Below are positions 15,201-25,930 of a DNA stretch of 64,000 nucleotides, one piece after another. Position numbers and translations under genes: made by a program. Within the stretch, counting starts at the first letter, position 1. Every line of letters starts with the position of its first letter. The notes under the pieces were generated by a model. It worked only from the letters and a program-made list of their open reading frames with translations, made no database searches and was not told the DNA's origin. Origin of the DNA: Amoebophrya sp. A120 (taxonomy: Eukaryota > Protista > Dinoflagellata); NCBI GenBank assembly GCA_905178155.1, contig CAJINV010000011.1:705982-769981 (forward strand), written 5' to 3'.

Positions 15201-18200
15201 GCCAGCTGCTGGCCCCTGTCGCCTGCCTGGCCGGCCCGCGGCCGCAGGGGGGGGGGCGCGGCCCCCCCCACTCCCCGCCCCCGGCAGCTGCCGCTCCCGG
15301 CCGCCTGCCTGCGTGCCCGCGGCGCCCGGCCCCCGGCCGCCGAGGAGGGGGCGCGGCCCCCGCCAGCTGCCGCTCCCTTCCGGCTGCGTGCCTGCCTGCC
15401 CGGCCGCAGGGGGGGGGCGCGGCCCCCCCCATTCCCCGCCCCCGCCCAGGGATCCGGAGAACATGCAACACCCGGACAGACGGTACTTATAGTGATAAAC
15501 GCTGGAGAGTTCACATGGTTTGTTGTTCCTCAGTATCGACATCGAAGTCTGTTTTTGCAAATCAACTACTTACAGAAGAGTTGTGAGAGCAGGCTGCCAG
15601 ATGTTGACTTTCAACCTTCTTACTTATGAAAACCACATTCGTTATCTTCATACCACCGTCCACAATATCCCCAGGTACTTTCTGAGCCTCGACAGGAGGA
15701 GAAGACTATCACACAGAAAAGAGCCGGCAGGTCACACTTGTAATGCAAAAATAAATACACAAAAAAATCTGTATTGCGTATCCCAAACAGCATGCTATGG
15801 GGCCGCCCATGAGAGATTCTTCTGTGTATTCATTTTTGCATTACAAATGTGCCCTGCCAGCTTTTTTCTCTGGGATAAAGACGTCGGTGCGGCTACTCTT
15901 CCAAGTACTTCGGCTTGCCAGAGGTTTTGCCCCCCGACGTGGAAATAAATGTTCCGTTGCAAGATGAGCAACAGCAACAAGGGAACAAATTTTTATCCGC
16001 CGGTGCGCCGAAGATCAAAAAGCAATCGCTGATGAAATCTATGCAAGAAAAAAACTGTTTAAGTGTGAATCTGTGATGCAGGAAATGAAAAATAGTTACA
16101 CTTGTCATGCTGGAAGCGCGTCATGGGCTACTATTCTACGCGTTTCCACGTACTAGCAGCTCATGACAGGTTTTCCCTGTAATGCAAAACGAATTTGTGA
16201 CGCTGCTCTTCCTACAAACTTACACTTACACAGTTTTTTTCCTGGATAAAATCCACGATGGGAGTACTAGCCGAAGCTTCTACCGGGGCTCCACCCACCT
16301 CCACCGGCATGATCGGGTCAGAAGTAGCGACGAAGGTTGCAGAACAGGACGAGAAGAACGTCACTGGTGTTGTCGAGTTTTCATGCAAGAACGAGAAGGC
16401 GATGCAACTAAATCAAGGCAAGAGCAACCCACTTTGCCTGCTCCCGGCGCACGAAGTGCTTGGGAAGGAGGAAGATCATCCGATCTTACAAGTACAGGAT
16501 CCGCGGGGCGGACCGAACGAGCCAGCGAAGAGAAGGAGAGTGGAAGGGCAGACGAACAAAGGCAGGACCACAGACGAGGCAGCGAGTCCACCCGCCTCTA
16601 CTTTGAAGGTGCCGGTGCTTCCGCCGCCGGCACCAGCGCGGAAGAGGAAAGAAGCGCATTTGCAACGGGATAATAGACAAGGCATTAAACAAGAAGCTGA
16701 GTCCACCAATCTACTTGCACCTCCACACGACGTTGTACTAAAAGAAGCACCGTGTAGTACAAAGGAAAATCGAGGGGAGAAAGAACTTGTGCTGCGGGCA
16801 GAGCGCCGTCCTCGACCTGTTGTGCAGGAGAACAAAACTACCGGAGTAGAAGTTGACAAGATGAAGTATCCTCAGAGCGACGACGAGGAAGATCTCCGCA
16901 GTAGTAGAGCTGCCTCCGTCTCGTCTTCGCGCCGATCATCGCCACGCCGCCCACTGGTTCATCGCAATGGTTCCAAGAACTACAGTCCCCGCGAGGAGCA
17001 GGACGCCGGAAGTGAGGGCGGTGCGAAGAAGGACGAAGAGAGGGTGTCGTCGACAGGGAAGAAGATGGTGGCGGGAATAACGCAGGATCGGGATGATCAT
17101 GATCCAGTGTTGAAGCAAACGAAGAAGTTTCGCTTGCCAGTCATTGGCTTGTTGGATACGGATGTTGGCCAAGTACAACACGATAAACAGGATGTTCGGA
17201 ACAAGAGAAGCAAGGAGCGACCGGTATTTGTGAACAAGAGCACGAAAAGTCCAGAGCGCGGCCGGGACGTCGAGAATCTTCACACTACCACCACGATGAG
17301 CAAGTTGTCTCCAGCTGCTGTGGCTGTTTCCTTGTCCGAAAAGCAAGAGGAGGAAGTCCAAGTCGTGCACCAAGATGTTGAACTCCGACCGGCTACAAGA
17401 ACTTCTTCCCTGGTCGAACAAAATAAGATGAAAGACGCCGACGGAGCACAAACTCCGGGAAGCGGTGACTACAGAAGTGAAAGGGTTGGTTCGGAATTGT
17501 CCCGGGGAGGTTTTCGTCCGGATGAAGAACAAATGGGCGACCGAGATGATAATCGGGGACGTTCGAAGGTGCGAACAAATTCGAAGGTGCGTGGGCACCA
17601 TTCGAAGGAACGAGCTGCTTTTCCAACTTACAAGGACCACAGCCGGGAGAAGATGCGGCGTGAAGAGAGTCGCAAGCGGGTGGTGGTTCAAGACGAGGTA
17701 AAAGAAGTACGGAGGCAGCCATCGAAAGTTCGGGATGACCGGGAGAAGCCGCGGCAGCACGACGGCAATGTTGATAAACAGGATCTACCTGTTGTTCCTA
17801 GAGAACCACGACCGGAATTAAAACGGGATGGAAACAAGAAGCGCGAGTCGAACATGAATTCCGGCAATGATCTTCGTGCCCCCGGGCGAAGAAGTGCCAG
17901 TCTTTCCCGCGGAAGCCAGAAGAGGTCAAAATCGCGGTCTATTCCGCGCCCGAGGTCCTCGCCGTCCATTCCCCGCAAGAGGTCGAGGTCGCGGTCCATT
18001 CCGCGCCCAAGATCGCCGTCCATTCCCCGGCCTGGCGGGTTTCGTGCGACCGGCCGGGAACCGTCGAAGGTGCGCGCGCCGTCGCAGGCGCGACAAGGCG
18101 TGCATCTCGGGGGAGAAGAGAACACAAAAAGAGCACTGCAAAATGTCAAAACCCCAACAAAAAGCTGCTCTCCACCCCGCCTCAGATTGCGGCTGGACAA

Positions 18201-21200
18201 CAGGAAGTCCTCCTCCCACCATGGAGGGCATGATCAGCGCGAGACAAATAAGTACAACACCGCCACAGATGTTGTTGACCGGAGTAGGGGTTCTTCCCGC
18301 GACAGGCGGTCGTTCGGGCACTCGGACCGGAACAAAGACCATTCCTTCCGGGGAAAGCCAAAGCGAAAAGACTCACGGTCACGCTCACCCGGCGAAGACC
18401 TACCGCCGGCAATCGGCACGCGGAAAAATCGTTTTTCCACCGGACGCAACAAGGATCGTAAAAGGTCGTCGTCCAGGTCGCGACGGAGCGGAGGTGAGCA
18501 GAAAAAAACAAGCATATGACACTGCACAACTCGTCCCACTCCCCCTTTTTTGCATAGTAAAAGTAATGCAAAATAATCCGAAAAAATCCTATGGTTGCGT
18601 AGGCGTTGTGGCACGGTTTGCAATATACAAATCTCGAAAGAAGTAGCCCAAACAGTACTACGCTGCTTCGGCGCATCAACTTGTCATGCACGGGCTGCAC
18701 AACTTGAGCTGGTGTCTGTATTGCTGTCCATCTTCCGACGACACAAATGAGAGGGTTTGGGGGAGTAGTCGTTCACTCTCATAAAGCACCAGCGGCAGAC
18801 ACAACGCGCGCAGGAGCGGTGACGGCGATAGGAGACACCTCGACGGGCCGCTGGTTGGTATGATGAGGAAATGCGGCGCAAATGAGGACTACAACAACTT
18901 CCGTAGAGGGAACAGCCTTGCCCGGGGCACCGCGGCGAACAGCGTGCCGCTCGGTACTAAGTGGAATTTTCTGGGAATTTGGAAAATTGAAAAAAATTCT
19001 TCCCCGGACGAGGTCGAAGGATTGCAGGCCCAGGTTTTGGCGGTGGTGGCGCGACGGACTATCATTTTCTTACCTCTACTCATGCGAATTTTCTTACCAA
19101 AACTCACAGGTACATGAACTTATCAAAACTCACAGGTACATGCATTCAAAAACATCAAAAACAAGCTGTCATCCAGGTACTAGCACTTACCTCGCGCCAT
19201 TGGTCCACTTCTTGGCGGATGTCCACACACACACACACACACACACAAATCACAAAAGTAGTAGCATTATGAAACAAATCCATCACAAACAAAGGTATCC
19301 AAATATAAAATCAGTCAGTGAAGGAAAACCTCTACGCTGCGGGTACCCCCGCCAGCGTACCCACTCAGCCGTGCCTACGCCAGGTAGTTCAAGACCAGGG
19401 CCTCGCTGTCGTTAGAGAAGATCTTCTGGACGAGGCACACGCGTTGCACCAGGTCTGGTGCAACACGGCCACAGGGCGGCAGGCATCTTGCTCCTGCGGA
19501 TCCGTTAGCTTTCCAGCAGTGGTACAGGGCGAAGGTGCTTATGTTTGGTAAGTTTAATAAGGAGGAACACCTGGTAATATGGTTTTTGATCAATTTGGAA
19601 TGTGTTTCGTGTGCACTATTTTCCTACGAATCCTAATCATCCCCTATGAGCCAAGAATGCTTGAATTCTGTGTGTGTGTGTGTGTGGACATCCGGACAGC
19701 AGGCATCGCCACCTCAGGTACCTGTTAATTTGAGTTATTCTATTTTTTGATGATGACGAGTGCTGGTGTCGTCGGGGCCGGGGCCGAGCAGCAAGCATCG
19801 TGCCGACGCAGGACATCTGGAAGCCCTTCCCGCAGCACGAACAGATCCGGCCGGAGGAGGTTGCCGTAGCTGGTGTTCATTAGCAGGGCCGCGAAGGAGG
19901 GGAGAATTTTTTTCAATTTTCCCAATTCCCAGAGAATTCCTCTTAGTACTTGCCCGGGGCACCGCGGCGAACAGCGTGCCACTCGGAACGAGGCCGGGCG
20001 TATCGAATGTAAAAATGTCTGGGTCTGGAAGGATGCAAGGTTTGTCATGCAGGTTTTCCATGACCCATGAGGTCTGGTATGTAGGACATAGCATGACAGA
20101 TTCTGCGGGACCTTTCTAATGCCTATCCTGCATGAGAAACTGCCTCGCGATTAGGTCAAAAGTGCACAACTTTTGGCAATCATGCAACACAGTTTTTTGC
20201 CTGATTCAGATTTAGCATGACACGTTGCATTCTTCCAGACCCAGACATTTTTACATTTGATAGGGCGGACGGGGGACCGATCTGATGGGTCGCAGCGTGA
20301 ACAACAGCGAGCAGTACCAGATAGCGCACGGTGCGGGCGGTGTTGTGCCGCTCTCTCAAGAAAATCATGTGAACACGACAAGACTGCCTGTTCCTCCACG
20401 GGGGGGCCAACACGTAGCGAAGTACCATCCCAGCCGGATTTCGGACTTGTGGACCCTGAAAGACCATCCGGAGGAGCACAAGCAGTTGTTTGCCTTCGAT
20501 TTTGCGAATTACCAATGCTGGAAAGTCGAAAAGGAGACGGAGCTCGGGTTGGAACCGGGATACCTGTTCGGCTTTGACGTGAAAGAGTTTGAGGCACTGG
20601 AGAAAAAACACGGGGGCGCAAGGAAAGTGGTGGACATGTGCGCGACGGAGGGGCTGATTAACGTGCGACTGATGGGCAAACTGGCCCTGGAAGAGGAGCA
20701 GGAGCAGAAGGAGCAGAAGGAGCAGCAGCAGCAGCAGCAAGCTGGAGTACCGCGGCCCAACATCCCTGTGAACAACAACCCCGAGGACCTGCTTCCACCG
20801 TCGAGACGGATGGCACGAAGCCAAATGCGCAAGGGCGGCAAGAATGACAAAGGCAGCGGACGTACTTACATTTTTGCTGATCGTATATAATGGTTTTATA
20901 GTAAGTGTGGGTTGTTATTTACTAAGAAGTGCCACCAATCATGTTTGTAGTTTTGCTCCCGTGCTGGCGCGTGGTCTACTACTTTTTCCTGCATTTTTTC
21001 TGGGCGAGAACTCGCAACCAGTTATTTTGTCGCGGTGAACAAACAATCTATCCACCCGCTGCTCGGTCTTAAGAGATGGTGTTTATGAAATTGATTTCAC
21101 CTCCTCCTCCTCCTTATGCCACACAGACATGATTATCCTAGTTTTATCCTTTGGGGGAAGAACAAAATCAAAAAAAAAATTTTTCGTTTCAAACATTCTC

Positions 21201-24145
21201 AGGGCGCCGCGGTTCTTCGTTTTATTCGCAATCTCGCGGTGGAGGTGGACCGTACTACCACCCCGGAAAGCTGCAAACAAAAGGCGGTGCTTCCTTCGCC
21301 GCCGCCGCGGCTCCGCAGTTCAAGGCTGCCCGAAGAAGGCCAAAAAACCTTCCTGAAGGCCTTCAGAAGGTTGAGATTCTTCTGAAGGTCCAAAAATCTT
21401 CTGAAGGTTTTTTGCAGCTTTTTTTGAAGCTTGCGAACTCAAAAAGTGTTTTCTTTGACTAAAGCGCCCTGTTTTTTCGATAAAGCGAATGAGTTGACAA
21501 TTGCCAACACTACACCTACAAAAAATTTCAAAAGCTTCCTCTGGATCTGGCGCCCGGGGAAGAGCCCGAAGCCCGCCCCTCGTTGCTGTTTTCGCCACGG
21601 GAAGAAGCCAAAGAAGCCCGATTCAGTAAGCAAAAAGCGAGGCGGCTTTGGCTTTTCGCTTCTTGCGGATCTGGTCCGTCCTCCGAGAAGAGGCCGACGC
21701 TGGCCGCTTATGTAAAGCAAAAAGGAAGAGGAGCGAGCGCCCTCTCTTGCCTTCTTCCGGACCTGGCCCTCGGAAACGTTGCCAAAGCTTTGTGGTTTTG
21801 TACGGCAGGAGGCGTCTCGGCCTTTTTAGCTTTTTCCGACCGACTCTGGCTCTTAAAGGAGAAGCCAGAAGGTGGTCGCTGCCGGCTTTTTCCACATGTA
21901 GTTCCTCCGAGAGAGGCCAAAGGCAGCCACTTTAGTGGAGTTTGGAGATTCTTGAAGGCCAAGCATCGCGCTTGTGCTTGGCGTAGATCTTCGCGCCCAA
22001 TCTAAGACCTACTCTGAAGGGTTTGCGTATTTTTTCCCACGCGGCGCACGCCGCGTGGATTGGTTCTTACTTACTAAGAAGTGCCAACATTTGTAGTTTT
22101 GCTCCCGTGGGCGGTGGTCTACTACTTTGTCCTGCATTTTTTCTACTCGCAACCAGGTATTTTGTCGCGGTGAACAATCTATCCACCCGCTGCTCGGTCT
22201 ACTGAAGAGATGGTGTTTATGAATTTGAATCCCTCCTCAGTATGCCGCACAGACATGATTGTCCTAGTTTCTTCATGTGGGCGTGGAAGAACAAAATCAA
22301 CATCAAAACAATTTTTTTTTTCGTTCCAAACATCCTCAGGGCGCCGCGGTTCCTCGTTTTATTCGCAATCTCGCAATGGAGGTGGACCGTACTACCATTC
22401 CGGAAAGCTGTATGGAGGCGTCAGGATTGAAATCGTCAAACTTGAAATAGTTTGTGATGCATAAACTGCATGACGCGAAATACGTGTGTTGCAGAGCAGG
22501 CAAGTGAGGCCGATTGTGGGCCTGTTTGGCGTTAGGGCTCGAGCTGCTAAAGTAGCATGAGAGAATCAGTCTTCTTTGCCTAAACAGCATGACAAACTGG
22601 ATTTAGGCATCGCCAAAATTTGTCATGCGCCACTTGGAAACTGGGCTCCAACTCCTGGCATCCATTTTATGCATGGCAAATCATTTCACCTTTGTCGATT
22701 TCAATCCTGACACATCTATAAGCTGCAAACAAAAGGCGTTGCTTCCTTCGCCGCCGCCGCGGCTCCGCAGTTCAAGGCCGCCCCGGTTCCCGGTCCCCCG
22801 AGCAAGCTGCCCGGACCACTGAGCAAGGGCGCGAACAAGTCGGGTAGTGCGGAAGGTTGTACAACTGGTAACACTTTCACCACTGGCACCAGTTCTTCCA
22901 GTAAAGGCGCTAGTAATATCAGTGGAGGTAGTTGCACGACCAAGAACACTAAAAACGCCACCATGATGAACATGAAGGGACGAGGCACATCAACGACGGC
23001 AGGACCACTGAGTACTAAAGGAGTACTGACTACTATCGCAAGAAAAAAGTGTTACAGTTACACATTGTCATGCAAGACTGTCAACAGAGACAACCTTTCT
23101 CATGCAGGAAATGCTTCCGAGCCTCTTTTCCTTCCTGTTTTCCCTTATGATCTTCGCATTACAAGTTTTCTCTGCCACACAGAGAAAATTTGTGATGCAG
23201 AAACTCCAACAAATGTGTAACTGTAACACTTTTTTCTCGTGATAACTACAGCAGGGGTCGTAGCGCCGTCCTCTTCGCGGGCAGCAGGTTCAGCTGCATA
23301 TCAAATGTAAAAATGTCTGGGTCTGGAAGAATGCAACTTGTGATGCTGCGTTTGGATTCCAAAAAAATCTGTATTGCATGAGTACCAAAGGGAATGCAAT
23401 TTTTGCTACGCTGAGAAGGCATTTGTCATGCGGAATAGGCATCAAGAAGCGTTCAAAAAATCTGTATTGCTAGGGTATGGATCACAGACATCATGGCTCA
23501 TGCAAAACGTGCACGACAAGTGTCAGAATCTTCCAGACCCAGACATTTTTACAGTTGATACTGCAGTGTCTGCTACAAATCCTCGTGCTGGCGGGGTAGT
23601 AGCTGCTGGGGTCGTAATATCAAAGAAAAAAAGTTCGTCACGATCACTCATGCGCATTTTTGCAATACAAAATTGTTTGTCATGTGTAAAAATGCATCAC
23701 AGCCAAAATACATTAGGGATTTCCCTAGTGTTTCTGCAATACAAGGAAAATTTGTGATGCTAAGAAAATTTGTAATGCAAAACCTGCAAGTTAGTGACTG
23801 TGACAAACTTTTTTCTCTCCATACGTAAGTACGAATTTGAATACAACCACAGGAGCCATGAGTAAAGCGAAATCCGTGATGCTTGCTTCCTCTTCTGCGA
23901 CGGGTGGTACAGCGGCGAACGGCATGGGTAATTTGGGGAACAACAACACAGTTGGCACTTCGACTGGTGCGGCGCCCCCGGCGGTTTCAACTACATCGGC
24001 GCCGCCAGTTCCTCCGAAGACCTCGCCGCCACTCTGTCTTCCAATGCAACACACGCAAAGCAAGGCCGGGGCCCCCGCGCCCCCGGCAGTGAGCAAGGCC
24101 TTCCCACCGCGGGGGAAATCCACGGCTCCGGCACCGCTGGTGTAG
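270..24145 (+). CDS. Giant (>=~5,500 aa, 5'-truncated) multi-exon protein with RluA-family pseudouridine synthase domain and RS/low-complexity C-terminus
   Basis: ORF 628-10851 joins in frame to downstream ORFs via GT-AG introns (10840-10985, 12604-12794, 14744-15674, 20862-22339) and removal of TIR elements. RluA motifs: [14 protein letters not shown] (~7582), [12 protein letters not shown] (~12599-12825, split by an intron), [37 protein letters not shown] (~13444-13506). Stop at 24143-24145. Continuity beyond ~14750 is less certain. Confidence 0.7.
321..623. mobile_element. Introner family C
   Basis: TAT...ATA ends, TIR aaaa(t)gcccccacccc, TSD ttgcg; removal gives SPFCVRKFF. Confidence 0.9.
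3067..3141 (+). repeat. 27-bp coding tandem repeat (KNDRGRSVF x~2.8)
   Basis: aaaaacgaccgcggaagatcggtcttc units starting at 3067, 3094 and 3121. Confidence 0.9.
12138..12422. mobile_element. Introner family B (diverged)
   Basis: TIR tatcctgagcaaaaacgtcccca, TSD acttg/acgtg; frame restored. Confidence 0.85.
12428..14424 (+). CDS. RluA/RluD-like pseudouridine synthase catalytic core (exons of the giant gene)
   Basis: HRxD motif with catalytic Asp, KxYxxLVxG and GRTHQIRxH...GHPL..D motifs assembled across one GT-AG intron and three TIR elements. Confidence 0.85.
13160..13325. mobile_element. Short introner (166 bp)
   Basis: TIR tatgcattgca/tgcaatgcata, TSD gatga; removal gives FWMKKRG. Confidence 0.85.
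13568..13881. mobile_element. Introner, family B-like
   Basis: Imperfect TIR tatggtgtgtaaaaacgttccca, TSD cggca; removal gives TNGIRK. Confidence 0.8.
13969..14286. mobile_element. Introner family D (C-related TIR)
   Basis: TAT...ATA ends, TSD ttgtc; termini related to 28606-28927 in opposite orientation. Confidence 0.85.
14425..14688. mobile_element. Introner (unique TIR)
   Basis: TIR gctcagatgttacaatctcaa / ttgagatcgtaacacctgagc, TSD agaac; frame restored. Confidence 0.85.
14822..15450. other. GC-rich foreign insert between duplicated exon-end/intron-start
   Basis: 14712-14821 is duplicated at 15451-15561 (first 46 bp identical); insert has long G/C runs. Confidence 0.8.
15707..15877. 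mobile_element. Short fold-back introner (171 bp)
   Basis: Almost wholly palindromic, TAT...ATA ends, TSD aagac. Confidence 0.85.
16040..16248. mobile_element. Introner (209 bp)
   Basis: TIR tatgcaagaaaaaaactgt, TSD aaatc; removal gives LMKSTMGVL. Confidence 0.85.
17923..18033 (+). repeat. Coding RS/RP repeat (SRSIPRPRS-like x4)
   Basis: Repeated tccattccgcgc / SIPR units. Confidence 0.75.
18515..18783. mobile_element. Introner (diverged TIR)
   Basis: tatga...tcata ends, TSD aagca; removal extends ORF 16258 in frame into ORF 18860. Confidence 0.75.
18955..19948. mobile_element. 994-bp TIR element with 38-bp target duplication
   Basis: 50-bp TIR (4 mismatches) tactaagtggaattttctggg...; flanking direct repeats 18917-18954 and 19949-19986 (1 mismatch); internal inverted (CA)n/(TG)n blocks. 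Confidence 0.9.
20001..20262. mobile_element. Introner family A
   Basis: TIR tatcgaatgtaaaaatgtctgggtctggaa, TSD gggcg; reverse orientation relative to the 56736 copy. Confidence 0.92.
21332..22054. other. Insert between ~420-bp duplicated intron-end/exon-start
   Basis: ~20907-21331 is duplicated at ~22055-22783, the second copy carrying an introner. Confidence 0.8.
22411..22720. mobile_element. Introner (unique TIR) with in-window empty site
   Basis: 30-bp TIR, TSD agctg; the paralogous copy at 21269-21273 has a single agctg. Confidence 0.92.
23034..23244. mobile_element. Introner (211 bp)
   Basis: 33-bp TIR ...agaaaaaagtgttacagttacacatt, TSD actac. Confidence 0.9.
23299..23560. mobile_element. 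Introner family A
   Basis: Family A TIR, TSD ctgca. Confidence 0.92.
23618..23823. mobile_element. Introner (206 bp)
   Basis: TIR ...agaaaaaaagtt.gtcac, TSD cgtaa. Confidence 0.85.
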
Positions 24146-25930
24146 TATTTCGCTTCCGTCGGCGGAGGCAGCAGGTGGAGGAGGCGTAGTTGCGAATCGG
24201 AACAGTACAAGACACATGATCATTCAGATAAAGTGACCAGACCACAACCTAGAGTTCCGTCTTTGATGTTTCTAAATAAAAAGATCCGTACGTATCTTGT
24301 GCTAAAAATTCTACTTTTTGCGGTATTGAAACTGATTTTGGATTCAAAGAATTGAAGTAAAATAGAGGAAACTGGGTTGATGACTTCTGTTGACTCGCTT
24401 TCGCAGACAGTGCAAATGTTCGTTTTTTTCAAACATGCAGTTTCAGCCAAGCAAAGCACCACATGCCTGCGATATTTTCATCTTTTCGAAGCTAGTTTTT
24501 CTTTTCGTCAGATTGTTGTGAATAAAGTGCTTTTATTCGATTTCGACGACTAAGTAGACATCAAATGTTATCTTATAAAAAATCGCGAGTGAGCAGCTAA
24601 TCTCGTCGAGATAAATCACTTCTATTTGAACTTATTGTAGAAATACACAGCGAATAATAAGAAAAGTAATTTTTCAGGCATGATCAGCATTTATTATTAT
24701 TTTCTTCCTTCTACACCGGATTTGAAGTCCTCCGGCGGGATCGTGCTTCGTCTCTGGAAAGAGACCAATCACGATCCTGCCAAAAGTACAACATAAAAAA
24801 TGAAGCGTTTTTAAAGCTAAGTACTCTAGCTGTACTTCCTGTTGTTTTAGTACTGCTCCACGAGGACATCACATTTCTACTTCTCGGAAGAGATTTTTTT
24901 GGTTAAAATTTCGTCTTCTCACGGAATGAACAGTCGGTTTGTGTTTTCTTCAAGCGACATTGTTTTTCACACAATTATTTTTCGCGCACTCAACAACATC
25001 CAATTGCAAGCAGAAGCAGAACCTTTTGTGTCTGTTACACAGCTCTTCATGTACTTACTTTACGTAGGATTTTTATTTGAAAGCTGCGAGAAACATAAAT
25101 GTACCTGAGAACGTCGGCCAGGTTCGAGTGCGTTCTAGCACAAAAGCGTGGTGGTTCTCGCTGTACTTCTTAGCACTATCAATCAATGACAAACTACACG
25201 ACGACACGACCAAAAATTTTTTGAAATTACATAAAATGAAAAAAATACAAGTTTCGCTCCTGGGTGGAAGAAGGTCAACTAGCAGTTGCTCTCGCAGCTA
25301 GTGCTTCTTGTGCGCAGTTCCAGTTGGCATTGCTGGTTGTGGGTACACAGTTCATCCCCGTGAGAAATGAAGACCCAAGATACTTTATCAAATGCAACAA
25401 AAAAATCACTTTTCATTTTTTTCGCAGAAGAGGACTCCTTTCCTTGTCGTCGTGCTGTCGGTCGGTAAAAAATCTCCAGGTTGATGATCCACCACGTCTA
25501 TAATTTTCGTTTTAATTATTGTTCTCAAACACGAAGATCAAATTCACTCTTGACGACCGAGATCTTTGAAGAACCTAGTGTTCTTGTTGCCCTTGGTGGT
25601 GGAGGTCCGTGTGCTGTGAATGATGAAGATCATGTTCAGGTCGGACCCTATTTCCATTTTTTCAACAATTACCGCATAATTTTTCATCTTCAAACTCGGT
25701 TTATTGCGACCAGTGACGACAGGACGAGGGGGTTGCTGGCCAGCGCATTTCAATCAATGTAGTCATTTGTTCAGTATTGTGTATGTTGATCTTGAGCCGT
25801 AACTCTCACTAGCCTCTCACTCTTGTTTTGTTATTAACAAGCAGTGCAAAAAGTTGACAAATCATGCTGGTCGCGGCCTAGTTGATCGACCCCACCGCAA
25901 GAGTCTTAGCCACGAAACAAATTTGAGAAG

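Noticed and set aside
14900-15586. Overlapping G/P/A/R-rich ORFs on both strands (also 35000-36400 and 59200-61200)
   Set aside because: Stop-codon scarcity in extremely GC-rich inserts; no recognisable domains.
21332-22054. Possible histone H1-like or transposase fragment in the insert
   Set aside because: K/R-rich stretches are short and frameshifted and no catalytic motif is recognisable.
24738-24778. Small intergenic hairpin ggatcgtg...cacgatcc
   Set aside because: Single short stem without TAT/ATA ends or TSD; could be chance.
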